In this document: piece by piece, positions 1 through 10,118 of the stretch
Position numbering within the stretch: the stretch's first letter is position 1
Layout of the letters: each line of letters starts with the position of its first letter
Source: an uncultured archaeon
GTDB taxonomy: Archaea; Thermoproteota; EX4484-205; JAAOZP01
Assembly: GCA_938045545.1 (NCBI GenBank)
Contig: CALIBN010000047.1
Span: 1 to 29,128, forward strand
Direction of reading: 5' to 3'
Length of the DNA stretch: 29,128 bases
Position numbers and translations under genes: made by a program
The notes under the pieces: generated by a model
Seen by the model: only the letters and a program-made list of their open reading frames with translations
What the model was told of the DNA's origin: nothing
Database searches by the model: none

Positions 1-1111
1 CCATCTCCTGTTCCTGCGTCCGGGCTTGTGTTGAAACCTGTTTCCCCTTTCCTTTCGCACCCATGCTTGAGATCGTTGTCTCCATCTTCTCTATGAGCTC
101 CTGCGCTTGAGCTATGAGCTGGTCGGCGGTCTCATCGTCTATGTGCTTGCCCTTCTGCGCTTCAACATGGTGGATTAACGCCCTCAGGTTGTTCACGGCC
201 GCGTTAAGCATGTTTGCCGCAGTATTGTTCTTATCCTCTTCAACCCATTTCATGAACTGCTCTATCTTCTTCGTGACCACGTTCACCTTCTGAGTCAGGC
301 TGACGTTTATCCCAACGACATCCGCGTTGATCGTAGAATTCAGAGCCTCAAGCTCACGGAAGATTGCTTCAGCCCTGGCCGCCATGGAGGCGTTCACCCG
401 GAATTCTGTTAAGGCTAGCAGGACGCCTTTTTCAGGCTCAGTATCATTATAGGCTTTCGCAACGTATGTTCCATCCGGAGCGTCGAAGGGTATTGTCCAG
501 TTTACCTCGTCCACTCCCACGGGTATCGAGCCGTCCTCCGATGAGGAGAAAGACAGCTCAGCCAGGACCTGCTCCCCGAACACTATCCTTATCACGTAGC
601 TCGTCCCACCCGGCGTGTATCCGGCTCCTGTGAAAACCACCGTCTCCTCAACCATGTACTCATCCTTATCAGTGTGCAGGGTTGCAGCGTTCACAGTGAA
701 CTCTACACTGGCCACTTCCCCCCAAGTTTCAGGGTCTTCAGGGTCAGGGGCATTGTAGAGAATTGCCGTGTATAGGCCGCTGGGCACGCCCTCCTCTATG
801 TTCCATTCCACTTCCTCCGGTATTTTCCCCTCTCCCGTGGCTTCAAAACCTATTGTTTCATAGGTTTCACCGTCCTTCGTTATAATTAGCTGGTAGGATC
901 CTCCGGGTGTATAGCCTTCTCCGGAGAAAACGACTGTTTCCCCTACTACGTAGCTTCCCTTATCCGTGGAGAGGGTTGGCTCTGTATTCTCCACGGGCGG
1001 CTCCTGGCTCTGCTGCGGGAAGAATAATCCTGCTGGGTTGGCCTGCGCTAATGCGAGTATTGTTAGCACGGCCAGGAGAAGGCTTAACGTTACGATTCTC
1101 ATTCTCCTCAT
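1..1111 (-). CDS. Secreted/surface protein with signal peptide, two tandem ~98-aa beta-rich (Ig-like) repeats and a FIMAH-like helical domain; runs off the left edge
   Basis: Not in the ORF track because there is no stop in the window. Manual translation from ATG 1111: MRRMRIVTLSLLLAVLTILALAQA...; repeats LSTDKGSYVVGETVVFSGEGYTPGG (899-973) and LHTDKDEYMVEETVVFTGAGYTPGG (605-679); later AANMLNAAVNNLRALIHHVEAQKGKHIDDETADQLI. Confidence 0.85.
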   Translation of the reverse strand, partial: MRRMRIVTLSLLLAVLTILALAQANPAGLFFPQQSQEPPVENTEPTLSTDKGSYVVGETVVFSGEGYTPGGSYQLIITKDGETYETIGFEATGEGKIPEEVEWNIEEGVPSGLYTAILYNAPDPEDPETWGEVASVEFTVNAATLHTDKDEYMVEETVVFTGAGYTPGGTSYVIRIVFGEQVLAELSFSSSEDGSIPVGVDEVNWTIPFDAPDGTYVAKAYNDTEPEKGVLLALTEFRVNASMAARAEAIFRELEALNSTINADVVGINVSLTQKVNVVTKKIEQFMKWVEEDKNNTAANMLNAAVNNLRALIHHVEAQKGKHIDDETADQLIAQAQELIEKMETTISSMGAKGKGKQVSTQARTQEQEM

Positions 1112-1502
1112 GGTGTTCGCAGGAAAAGTACGTAAGGGGCTTCTAATAAGCGTTTTAAAGTTTTTTCAAAGAAATCTCTTGGAAAAGGATTTATTCCAGT
1201 TTAGAAAGGTTCATAATGGTTCTTTTCTTCGAAAGGGCCTCTGGGAACCCCCTGATCTTAGAGAGAAACGCATGTCAGCTTTCCCGGTTAACCTGCTTCT
1301 CCGGGCGGCTGACCACGGGGAAGACGTGAAGCCATGGTTCCATCTGGTGGGCGAGACCCTTTTTACCGGCTTTTAAAAAGAGTTTTCGAGGAGGTCGACG
1401 CAGCTTAACGGCTGAACCCGCATGCCTGAGGCTTATTATTTCCAAGCCTGTTTACGATAATCTGGAGGAAGACTTATCTTTAGCCGTGCTTCAGGCTGCG
1501 TG

Positions 1503-2234
1503 ATGAGGCCCATGAGAAGGATACGCGTCACTGTCTGGAACGAGTTTCTACATGAGAGGCAGGACCCCAGGATTGCTGAGATCTACCCGGACGGTATGCA
1601 CAGTGTTATAGCGAGCTACCTTCGAAGCCAAGGTTTTGAAACCAGAACCGCGACGCTGAGCGAGCCTGAGCACGGTTTAACCCAGGATGTTTTAAGCAAT
1701 ACTGATGTCCTAGTGTGGTGGGGCCACATGGCTCACGACAGGGTTGACGACGGTGTTGTCGAAAGGGTTTACCGGAGGATTGTTAACGAGGGCATGGGGC
1801 TTATCGCCCTGCATTCAGCGCACCTCTCCAAGGTTTTCAGGCGTCTAATGGGTACTCCGTGCAACGTAAAGTGGAGGGAGGCGGGGGAGAGGGAGAGGAT
1901 ATGGGTTGTCGGAGGAGGCCACCCTATTGCCGAGGGCTTGGGCGACTACTTTGAGATTGAGCATGAGGAGATGTACGGCGAGCCTTTTGAAATACCTCAG
2001 CCGGATGAGCTTGTCTTCATAAGCTGGTTTAAGGGCGGGGAGGTTTTCAGGAGCGGCTGCTGCTTCCACAGGGGTCTTGGCAAAGTATTCTACTTTAGGC
2101 CGGGCCACGAGACTTATCCTACGTATTATGATTCTAATGTTCTCAGGGTTATTGGGAACGCTGTGAAATGGTGCGCCCCGGTTGAGAGGCCTAGGCCTGT
2201 TCACGGCAACGTTAAGCCGCTGGAGCCTCTTTAA
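1503..2234 (+). CDS. thuA: ThuA-like trehalose utilization protein (class I GATase-like fold)
   Basis: [45 protein letters not shown] and [10 protein letters not shown] are typical of ThuA. Start could be 1500, 1503 or 1512. Confidence 0.88.
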   Translation: MRPMRRIRVTVWNEFLHERQDPRIAEIYPDGMHSVIASYLRSQGFETRTATLSEPEHGLTQDVLSNTDVLVWWGHMAHDRVDDGVVERVYRRIVNEGMGLIALHSAHLSKVFRRLMGTPCNVKWREAGERERIWVVGGGHPIAEGLGDYFEIEHEEMYGEPFEIPQPDELVFISWFKGGEVFRSGCCFHRGLGKVFYFRPGHETYPTYYDSNVLRVIGNAVKWCAPVERPRPVHGNVKPLEPL

Positions 2235-2256
2235 CAGTAGTCTCCGCATGCGAGAG

Positions 2257-2589
2257 CTAGGGTTGTTTCTCCAAGTATTGCCTGAGGCATGCTTGCGCCG
2301 CTGGGCTTCGTGAACGCTTCCCCGCTAGAGTGTAGAATCTTCTCGCCAATGAGATTCTCGTCGCCCTGTGCTGCACCCCTTCTAGGCCGAGCTCCAAGAC
2401 TAGAAAGTCTTGCAGAAGCTGTTGGACCGCGACGCCTTCACTCCTCCTAGTTTCAACATATTTCAAGAAGGCTTTGAAAAGCGTTTTCGAGCATTCCCTC
2501 ATCCTCCTGATGTTCTCCTCCGCCTGGAGCCTGAGCTCCCCGTAGGTTTCAGCAACGCGTCTAACATTTTCACGAGGCTCCCTGTTCAC
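2257..2589 (-). CDS. Hypothetical helical protein
   Basis: 110-aa ORF filling the gap downstream of psmB on the same strand; no motif recognised. Confidence 0.6.
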   Translation of the reverse strand: MNREPRENVRRVAETYGELRLQAEENIRRMRECSKTLFKAFLKYVETRRSEGVAVQQLLQDFLVLELGLEGVQHRATRISLARRFYTLAGKRSRSPAAQACLRQYLEKQP

Positions 2590-2643
2590 CCTGTTTAGAA
2601 TGCTTTTAAAACGGTTTTAAGCCCCAACCGGTGAGCCGGGTTT

Positions 2644-3240
2644 TCAACCAGGGTAGTTTTCCTCAGAGGGCCCAGCCTTATCCAATATCAGAAGGTCTAT
2701 CCCGTTTCCGCTTGCTGAGTCTCTCTGCAGCGCAGTCCTTATGGCTTTCAAAACAAGCTGTTTAGCATCGTCCTTGCTCAACCCATCCCTGTACTCGGCC
2801 TCCAGTATTCCCAGCGCCACCTCGGTTCCACTTCCGGCTGCAGCATACTTGTCCTCTATTACTGAGCCCAGCGCGTCCAGCGCGTAGATCCCGTGCGTGT
2901 TGAACGTGAAGCCTCCGATAATGGTCTGAGTTATCAACGGGTAGAGCCTGTTCGCGAAAAGAATGTTGGACAATAGTTTTGAAAGGGCTTTCGCAGTTAT
3001 CTCTCTCGAAGTGTTGTACTGGAACATTCTGGCATAGTAGTTAAGCTCCCTGACTATCGTCTGAACATCTGATATTAAGCCTGCTGACGCTAGGCCTATT
3101 TTCGGGGTTATCCGGAATATTTTCTTAACGGATTTCCCTATTATGAAGGTCCCGTATGCCGCTCTCCTATCAGCTCCCAGAATAACCCCGTCCCCGTAGA
3201 CGAGCCCCACGACAGTGGCGCCGGGCACGTATTCACCCAT
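2644..3240 (-). CDS. psmB: Proteasome beta subunit, non-catalytic type (Ala at the Thr1 position)
   Basis: PGATVVGLVYGDGVILGADRR, GLISDVQ, GSG and RDSASGNG. Start moved to ATG 3240, which follows a GGTGG SD-like motif. Confidence 0.92.
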   Translation of the reverse strand: MGEYVPGATVVGLVYGDGVILGADRRAAYGTFIIGKSVKKIFRITPKIGLASAGLISDVQTIVRELNYYARMFQYNTSREITAKALSKLLSNILFANRLYPLITQTIIGGFTFNTHGIYALDALGSVIEDKYAAAGSGTEVALGILEAEYRDGLSKDDAKQLVLKAIRTALQRDSASGNGIDLLILDKAGPSEENYPG

Positions 3241-3332
3241 GTTTACTAACCACCTTTCTCCACTGTTCAACCAGCCCGGGTGGAAAATAAGCTTTTATAG
3301 AAAAGCCTTCCGCGTAAGCCTAACGCTGAGCG

Positions 3333-4415
3333 ATGGTTGAGACTCTTGAGATAGACGGCTCAATGGGCGAGGGCGGGGGCCAGGTTTTAAGAACCGCAGT
3401 AGCTCTTTCAGCCATTCTCAGAAGGCCGATCAGGGTTTTCAACATTAGGGCTAGGCGGTCAAACCCTGGTTTGAGGCCTCAGCACTTAGCCGCTGTGAAC
3501 GCCGTCGCCCGCTTAACCGGGGCTAGGGTTGAGGGCCTTAAGGTCGGCTCAAGAGAGATAGTTTTCACACCCGGCGGGGCTGAGGTTACTGAGGCTACGC
3601 TTGACGTTGGAACCGCTGGAAGCGTTCCCCTAGTACTTCAGGCTCTCATGCCTGTTTTAGCTTTTTCAAGCCGGGGGGCCAGCCTGATTCTCAAGGGTGG
3701 GACGAACAATCCTAGGGCGCCCCCGATAGACTATGTTAAGGAGGTTTTCGCCAGGGTTCTCGCTGAAATGGGCTACCATGTGGATATTGTTGTTGAAAAG
3801 AGGGGTTTCTACCCTAGGGGCGGGGGCATCGTAAGGTTCAGGTCTAAGCCGGTTGAGGTTCTCAAGCCTTTCAACCTAACCGGGTTCCCGGGGCTGCGGA
3901 GTGTTAGGATCCTGGTTTACAGCGCCAGGCTCCCAAGGCATGTGGCTGACAGGATTGCCCGTTCAGCCTCGCTGGAGATAGTCAGGAGGCTCGGGGTTGA
4001 GCCGAGCGTTGAGGTTGAGTTCATGACTGGCGGGGAGAGTAATGCTCCGCTCGACCCTGGCTGCGGCATCATGATTCTGGGGACGCTTGAAAACAACGTT
4101 GTTTTCGCATCCAGCAGCCTTGGAGAAAGGGGTAAGCCTTCTGAAAGGGTTGGGCTTGAAGCGGCTTCAGAGTTCGTCAAGCAGGTTGAAACAGGGGCGC
4201 CGGTTGACAGGAATCTCGCCGACCAGCTTGTGGCTTACGCCGCGCTAGCCAGGGGGGTTTCAAAGCTTAGGACCAGCGAGATTACTCTCCACACTTTGAC
4301 GACGATAAGGCTTGTCGAGCTCTTTCTCCCGGTCAGGTTTCAGGTTGAGGGAGATGCCGGTGCTCCAGGTGGCTACGCTGTCGAGGGCGTGGGCTTCAAG
4401 CGTACGGCGGCCTAA
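3333..4415 (+). CDS. rtcA: RNA 3'-terminal phosphate cyclase
   Basis: IDGSMGEGGGQVLRTA, RSNPGLRPQH, RGFYPRGGG, DRNLADQL and the catalytic His in TLHTLT. Confidence 0.96.
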   Translation: MVETLEIDGSMGEGGGQVLRTAVALSAILRRPIRVFNIRARRSNPGLRPQHLAAVNAVARLTGARVEGLKVGSREIVFTPGGAEVTEATLDVGTAGSVPLVLQALMPVLAFSSRGASLILKGGTNNPRAPPIDYVKEVFARVLAEMGYHVDIVVEKRGFYPRGGGIVRFRSKPVEVLKPFNLTGFPGLRSVRILVYSARLPRHVADRIARSASLEIVRRLGVEPSVEVEFMTGGESNAPLDPGCGIMILGTLENNVVFASSSLGERGKPSERVGLEAASEFVKQVETGAPVDRNLADQLVAYAALARGVSKLRTSEITLHTLTTIRLVELFLPVRFQVEGDAGAPGGYAVEGVGFKRTAA

Positions 4416-4448
4416 GGTTTATCAATATGGTTGCGCCGGATTGGGCGT

Positions 4449-4985
4449 ATGAGGAGCAAGCAGTACCCGCTTTACGTGGGTCGTTTCCAGCCTGTGCACA
4501 ACGGCCACATACATGCTATAAGGCATGTTGTCTCCATCCATGACGGTATTATTATTGCTGTGGGCAGCTCGCTGACGAGCCACGATAAGGATAACCCGTT
4601 CACATTCGGCGAGAGGCTTCAAATGCTCCACCTGGCGCTGGCTGAAGCCGGAATAGGGCTTGAGAAAACCGTTATAACCGGGGTTCCGGATATTCCTTAC
4701 GCGCACTTCCTCTGGGTACGGCTTGTCGAAGCCATGTGCCCGCCTTTCAAACTAGTCTACACCAACCAGCCTTTCACCGGGAGGCTTTTCAAGGAGGCTG
4801 GCTACGAGGTTAGGCCAATACCGTTCCTGGAGAGGGAGAGGTACTCGGGTGCGGAGATAAGGAGGAGGATCATCCTGGGTGTTGACTGGAGCCAGCTTGT
4901 CCCGGCTAGTGTCTACGAGTATCTGGTGAGCATCGGCGGGGCTGAGAGAATAAGGTCTCTAGCATCCTCAGACGAGGCTGTCTGA
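4449..4985 (+). CDS. nadM: Nicotinamide-nucleotide adenylyltransferase (NMNAT)
   Basis: GRFQPVHNGH, SHDKDNPFTFGER, YSGAEIRRRI and WSQLVP. Confidence 0.93.
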   Translation: MRSKQYPLYVGRFQPVHNGHIHAIRHVVSIHDGIIIAVGSSLTSHDKDNPFTFGERLQMLHLALAEAGIGLEKTVITGVPDIPYAHFLWVRLVEAMCPPFKLVYTNQPFTGRLFKEAGYEVRPIPFLERERYSGAEIRRRIILGVDWSQLVPASVYEYLVSIGGAERIRSLASSDEAV

Positions 4986-5030
4986 AAAACGGGAGTGTTT
5001 ATAAACATCCTTTTCAAAGGGGTTTGAAGC

Positions 5031-5759
5031 ATGGAGCCTGGTTCACTAGTGCTCGTCGACTACACTCTCTCCGTGAAGGAGACAGGAAGCGTTATAGAGA
5101 CCACTGTAGAGGAGGAGGCTAAGAAGGCTTCAATATACAGGGAGGGTGAGAAGTATTCTCCCAGGCTGATATACCTGGGTGGGAAATGGGTTTTGGAAAG
5201 CTGGGAGGAGGAGCTTCTTAAGAGCGAGATCGGTGTCGAGAGGACTGTTGAAATACCCCCTGAAAAAGCCTATGGCTTCAGGGATCCGAGCAAGGTTAAG
5301 ACGTATGCTGCCAGAAGGTTCTCGAAGCCCCAGGAGCTTGCACCAGGAGCCCTGGTTGAAATGGATAATAGGATCGGTGTTGTTAGAACTGTCAGCGGCG
5401 GTAGGGTTCAGGTTGACTTCAACCCGCCTCTCGCGGGCAGAACCTTGGTCTACAGGTTTAAAATACTGAGGGTTCTTGAGGATGATGCGGAGAAGATTAA
5501 GCATCTTGTGAACAGGCGTCTGCCCGAGGTTGCTGTCGACGAGGTTGCTGTGGAGCTTGACGGAGCTAGGGCTGCGATAAGGCTTCCCCAAAGGGTTCTC
5601 CTTTCAGAGGGTATTCAATACGTTAAGAAGGCCGTTTCAGATGACGTTTTAACCATTGTTAAAAACGTTAAGACCGTTGAGTTCATAGATGTTTTCACAC
5701 AGCCCGAGGCTGCGCCAGGCGGTGAAGCCCAGCCTACTCCTCAACAATCTCAGCCTTAA
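5031..5759 (+). CDS. slyD: Long-type FKBP peptidyl-prolyl cis-trans isomerase
   Basis: VLVDYT, IETT, IPPEKAYG and GGRVQVDFNPPLAGRTL, plus the archaeal C-terminal extension. Confidence 0.9.
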   Translation: MEPGSLVLVDYTLSVKETGSVIETTVEEEAKKASIYREGEKYSPRLIYLGGKWVLESWEEELLKSEIGVERTVEIPPEKAYGFRDPSKVKTYAARRFSKPQELAPGALVEMDNRIGVVRTVSGGRVQVDFNPPLAGRTLVYRFKILRVLEDDAEKIKHLVNRRLPEVAVDEVAVELDGARAAIRLPQRVLLSEGIQYVKKAVSDDVLTIVKNVKTVEFIDVFTQPEAAPGGEAQPTPQQSQP

Positions 5760-6177
5760 CAAGAATGAGCTTCTTCACAGGGCAGTCGAACGCCCCAAGC
5801 TTCTCGAGAACCCTGACCCTCCGGTTTAAAACAAGCATGTTGAAGACCACGGGGCATTCAAGGATCCTGCTGCACCCGGCTCTGCAGAAGCTGTTTTCAA
5901 TCATCGTGACAGCACCCTCCTTCACCCTGCCCGGTGCGAGAAGAGTAAGAGGCTCCATGCTGATTTCAAAGGGCGCGGCCTCGCCTCCTCTCAAAGGGCA
6001 GTAAACCTTCTCTCCACCAGTCTTCCTAAGAATCCTGTATGAGAAGCCTGTGGTGAGCGAGCCGTGGCACCTCTCCCTTGCTGCGCACTCCTCGCACTCG
6101 TATGCTTCACCCATGTAGGTGAAGACGAGGCCCTTTTTCGCAGATGGGTCGAGGTAGCTGTACTTGCCCACGGCCAT
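5734..6177 (-). CDS. UPF0179 family Cys-rich protein
   Basis: AKKGLVFTYMG, ECEECxxxxxC, CPLR and C-terminal FDCP; lies next to egsA, a common archaeal context. Confidence 0.75.
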   Translation of the reverse strand: MAVGKYSYLDPSAKKGLVFTYMGEAYECEECAARERCHGSLTTGFSYRILRKTGGEKVYCPLRGGEAAPFEISMEPLTLLAPGRVKEGAVTMIENSFCRAGCSRILECPVVFNMLVLNRRVRVLEKLGAFDCPVKKLILVKAEIVEE

Positions 6178-6184
6178 TCACCGG

Positions 6185-7255
6185 CTATATCACCATCGTG
6201 CTTCGAGCAAGCTCCTCCGCAGCCTTTCTCGTCAAACCCTTGTCTCCAAGTATAGTGTATCTTTCAGGCCTTATAGTGTGGGCGAGGGTCAATGCTTTAA
6301 CAACCTGTTTCTCAGACACGTTTATCTCCCTGGCTGAGACGGGTGCGCCGACTTTCGAGAGCGCGCTCCTGATTCTGAACCAGTCCCCGTCGTGAAGCTT
6401 GCTCATCATTATCGTCCCTATTCCAACCTGCTCCCCGTGGAGAGCAGGGTAGCCTGCGACATGGTCGAGCGCGTGGCTGAAAAGATGCTCGGAGCCGCTG
6501 CACGGCCTGCTGCTTCCAGCTATGCCTATGAGGACCCCCGCGTGTATCAATGCCTCAACTAGTATGCTGGCTCCTTCAAGCCTGTCCCCCGCGATTTTTT
6601 CAGCGCATCTAACTATTCTCTCCGCGATTGTTTCAGCAAGGCTTGCAGCATACTCGCCGTAATATTCTCCGCGAAGCGTGTGGGAGAGACGCCAGTCTTT
6701 CACCGCAGTATGCTTCGCCACGAGGTCTCCAACTCCGGCGCCGAAATACCTTGGTGGAGCGGTTGCGAGAATCGAGACATCCCCTATTATCACTGAGGGC
6801 ATTATCGCGTTGAAAGAGTATCTTTTCCCCCGCCTGGGCGCTGAGGCCAGGGGGCTTGCAATCCCGTCGTGAGAAGGCACTGTTGGGACGCTTATGAACT
6901 CAAGGCTGCTCCTCCATGCGAGGATCTTGCCCGCGTCGATCACTCTTCCGCCGCCGAAGCCTACGACAACGCTTTCCCCCGGCTTTCGGTCAAGCCTGGC
7001 TAGACGCTTCTCAAGCTTCAACGCCTCGGTGAAAGCATCCCCCTCGCCTATGAGGCTGAGCGTGAAGTAGAGCCTGCTCTCCGACAGGATTCTCCTAATC
7101 TTCTCCCCGAAGAGCTTCAACGGCGTCTTGCTTGTTAAAACAACGACCCTTTTAGCCCCCAGCTCCTTTACGCTGGAGCCAAGCTCCTCAACAGCATCCC
7201 TTCCGAGTATTATTCGTCTAGGAAGCCTAACCGTGTGCCTACTCTTGTCTTTCAA
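6185..7255 (-). CDS. egsA: NAD(P)-dependent glycerol-1-phosphate dehydrogenase
   Basis: GFGGGRVIDAGK, PSHDGIASP, SSRPCSGSEHLFSHALD, LHGEQVG and RPERYTILG. Confidence 0.97.
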   Translation of the reverse strand: MKDKSRHTVRLPRRIILGRDAVEELGSSVKELGAKRVVVLTSKTPLKLFGEKIRRILSESRLYFTLSLIGEGDAFTEALKLEKRLARLDRKPGESVVVGFGGGRVIDAGKILAWRSSLEFISVPTVPSHDGIASPLASAPRRGKRYSFNAIMPSVIIGDVSILATAPPRYFGAGVGDLVAKHTAVKDWRLSHTLRGEYYGEYAASLAETIAERIVRCAEKIAGDRLEGASILVEALIHAGVLIGIAGSSRPCSGSEHLFSHALDHVAGYPALHGEQVGIGTIMMSKLHDGDWFRIRSALSKVGAPVSAREINVSEKQVVKALTLAHTIRPERYTILGDKGLTRKAAEELARSTMVI

Positions 7256-7338
7256 GGTGTTAAGACGGATAGGGGAAAGATTTATCTTTAAGCCTTTCCC
7301 TAATTGGGATGGTTCGGGTTCTAGAGGTGTTTAGAAGG

Positions 7339-7998
7339 TTGGCAAGCATTAATACGAGAACAGGCAGAATGGGGGTAGTCGACCCCCTATGGGGAACTAC
7401 TACGGTTGGAATATCCTGCACGGACGGCGTCGTCCTAGCTTCAGACACCAGGGTTGTCCAGGGATACTATTTCATCGCTCATAAACGCGGCAAGAAGATT
7501 CTTAAGATAGACGACTATATTGCTGCAACCATTTCCGGCGGGGTTGCTGACGCGCAGGCCCTCATAAGCTCGCTGCAATGGGAGGCGAGGTCGTACAAGC
7601 TTGAAAGGGGTGTCAACATGCCTGTTAAGGCAGCGGCGAACATTGCTTCAATAATCCTCTCTTCGACCCGCATGGCGCCCCTCTACATTCAGCTGATAAT
7701 AGGGGGCTACGACAGGGAGGGGGCGAGCCTATACGTGCTGGACCCGCTGGGAGGCTTCTCGAAAGAGGTTTTCGTAGGGTCAGGGTCAGGCTCCCCTGTC
7801 GCGCTGGGTTATCTTGAGGCTGAGCTCAAGCCGCCGGTTAGCGTCCAAGACGCGATACCGATCGCGGTTAAATCTATTCTCGCAGCCATGCAGAGGGACA
7901 CTGCCACCGGGAACGATTTTGAAGTCATGGTTGTCGACTCGAAAGGGTGCAGGGAGCTCTCGCTTGAGGAGAAGACAAGGCTGACTGGTTTAAGATGA
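7339..7998 (+). CDS. psmB: Proteasome beta subunit, catalytic type with propeptide
   Basis: G/TTTVG autoprocessing site, DGVVLASDTR, KKI, GSGS and RDTATG. Probable TTG start at 7339 after GAGGTG (alternatives 7309 and 7369). Confidence 0.95.
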   Translation: MASINTRTGRMGVVDPLWGTTTVGISCTDGVVLASDTRVVQGYYFIAHKRGKKILKIDDYIAATISGGVADAQALISSLQWEARSYKLERGVNMPVKAAANIASIILSSTRMAPLYIQLIIGGYDREGASLYVLDPLGGFSKEVFVGSGSGSPVALGYLEAELKPPVSVQDAIPIAVKSILAAMQRDTATGNDFEVMVVDSKGCRELSLEEKTRLTGLR

Positions 7999-9896
7999 GT
8001 GCCGAGCAGGACATAAGGGAAGTAATCTTCGAGAAAATACCTAGGGAAGCGCAGATAGTCAGCATAGAGATGGAGGGGCCTGCGATAGCCGTCTACGTTG
8101 AGAACCCGGGATTCCTGGTAGGTGGGCAACAGGTTCTGGCCGAGGTTGCGAAACAGCTTAGGAAGAGGATTATCGTAAGGCCAGCCGTTAAAGCAAGAAA
8201 GACTAAAGACGAGGCTGAGAAAATCATTAAGCAGCTGGTTCCCAAGAAGGCTGGCGTGGAGGCTGTTGTTTTCAACGATGTTTTCGGCGAGGTTCTTGTT
8301 TCCGTCAGACACCCGGATGCCGTTGAAGAACTTGGGGAGAAGATCCTGAACGACATAATGGTTGAAACAGGCTGGAAGCCCAGCATCATAAGAATACCCC
8401 CGCTCAGCACAACAGTCATACCGCAGGTAATGTACGTTTTCAACCAGAACGCTGAGGAGAGGTTTAAGATCCTCAGGGAGATCGGTGAAAGAATATTCAG
8501 GAAACCCCTGTTTAAGACTGAGAACATTACCCTGACTTTCCTGGGCGGTGCTGAACAGGTCGGGAGGTCAAGCATACTTGTTTCAACAGACGAGAGCAAC
8601 ATACTCATGGATTTCGGGATTAACCCTGCTGCAAGCTCCTATTCTGACTCTTTTCCAAGGATCGACAGGATACCCGTCTCCGTTGAAAACATTGACGCTG
8701 TCATCATTTCCCACGCCCACTTGGATCACATGGGCGGGCTCCCTCTGCTCTTCAAATACGGCTACCGTGGCCCGGTGTACATGACTGAGCCCACAGTACA
8801 CTTAATGTTCCTCCTGCTTAACGATCTCCACGATGTTCTTCAGAAGAACGGCGTCACACCCTTTTTCGAGCTTAAGGATCTCAGGACTATTCTGCAACAC
8901 ACGATTCCGGTGAAGTTCGGCGTCGTCGTCGACGTCGCCCCGGATATTAAGCTGACCTTCAGGAACGCTGGCCACATACTGGGTTCCGCGGTAATTCATC
9001 TTCACATCGGCGAGGGGCTTCACAACATTGTCTTCACGGGAGACTTGAAGTATGACCGCTCCATACTGCTCGAGCATGCTTCAACAATGTTCCCCAGGGT
9101 TGAGACGCTGATAACGGAGTGCACCTACGGCGGTGTTAACGACACGATGCCGCCTAGGGAGGAGGTTGAGAACAGGCTTGTCTCCCTGGTTAACTCCACG
9201 CTGGAGAGGAATGGGAACGTTCTCATCCCTACGCTCGCCGTTGGAAGAGCCCAAGAGATAATGCTTGTTCTAGACAACGCTATAAGGAGCAAGAAGATCC
9301 CTGAAGTTCCAATATATGTGGACGGCATGATCTCGGAGGTTACTGCGATACACGCCTCATTCCCCAACTACCTGTCTAAGGAACTCAGGGAGATGATGAA
9401 CAACGGCGTCAACCCGTTTAAATCGGAATACGTTATTCCGGTTAAAAACTCGATTCCAAGAGAGGAGATAACGGAGGCGAGGCGCAACATAATTCTCTCC
9501 CCCTCAGGCATGCTTGAAGGAGGCCCAGTGATAGAATATTTCAAGCTGATAGCCCCGCAGGAGAACTCGATGGTGATATTCGTAAACTACCAGATAGAGG
9601 GGACGCTTGGAAACAGGGTTTTAAACGGGCTTAAGGAGCTTACGATGCAGAACGCTAACGGCAGGGTTGAAGCAATAACCATAAAAAGCGCTGTTGAAAG
9701 GGTTGACGGTTTCTCCGGCCACTCCGACAGGAACCAGATACTGAACTACGTTAGAAGAGTCTACACTAAAAGGGGACCCCTCTTTCTAGTCCACGGGGAG
9801 GCTAAGAAGATCCAGAACATGAAGAGGCTTTTAAGCAGGATGTATGGGGAGAACGTTTACTCGCCTAGGCTCCTGGAAACCTACAGGGCGCTTTAA
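7995..9896 (+). CDS. fttA: aCPSF1/FttA KH-domain beta-CASP ribonuclease (transcription termination factor)
   Basis: N-terminal KH region (EGPAIAVY), QVGRS, SHAHLDH, NAGHILGS, GFSGHSDR and VHGE; ATGA overlap with psmB. Confidence 0.96.
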   Translation: MSAEQDIREVIFEKIPREAQIVSIEMEGPAIAVYVENPGFLVGGQQVLAEVAKQLRKRIIVRPAVKARKTKDEAEKIIKQLVPKKAGVEAVVFNDVFGEVLVSVRHPDAVEELGEKILNDIMVETGWKPSIIRIPPLSTTVIPQVMYVFNQNAEERFKILREIGERIFRKPLFKTENITLTFLGGAEQVGRSSILVSTDESNILMDFGINPAASSYSDSFPRIDRIPVSVENIDAVIISHAHLDHMGGLPLLFKYGYRGPVYMTEPTVHLMFLLLNDLHDVLQKNGVTPFFELKDLRTILQHTIPVKFGVVVDVAPDIKLTFRNAGHILGSAVIHLHIGEGLHNIVFTGDLKYDRSILLEHASTMFPRVETLITECTYGGVNDTMPPREEVENRLVSLVNSTLERNGNVLIPTLAVGRAQEIMLVLDNAIRSKKIPEVPIYVDGMISEVTAIHASFPNYLSKELREMMNNGVNPFKSEYVIPVKNSIPREEITEARRNIILSPSGMLEGGPVIEYFKLIAPQENSMVIFVNYQIEGTLGNRVLNGLKELTMQNANGRVEAITIKSAVERVDGFSGHSDRNQILNYVRRVYTKRGPLFLVHGEAKKIQNMKRLLSRMYGENVYSPRLLETYRAL

Positions 9897-9937
9897 CATT
9901 CTCCGCTTGAATACGGGGAAACCTGTCCGCTGCTATT

Positions 9938-10098
9938 ATGGGGGCATAAGCCCGCGTCGCATTCTAATTATGAGCCGCCTCCACTATTTTCCTTCGGAAA
10001 CACCCTTAAAGCCTGGAGCAGCCCTCGGCTAACGCATTCCGATGGCATCGGACAACGCGGGCTGACCCCACGCACGTTTAAGGAGGCGGTGGGAGGGG
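9938..10098 (-). ncRNA. Candidate structured ncRNA (family unassigned)
   Basis: GC-rich intergenic segment with two crossing helices and three small hairpins. G-U pairs favour the minus strand, and a TATA/BRE-like element lies just upstream on that strand. Confidence 0.45.
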
Positions 10099-10118
10099 AA
10101 GGCGCTGAATTCCACGCG

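Noticed and set aside
364-1376. Plus-strand ORFs 364-633, 907-1146 and 966-1376
   Set aside because: They are antisense shadows of the minus-strand surface protein gene.
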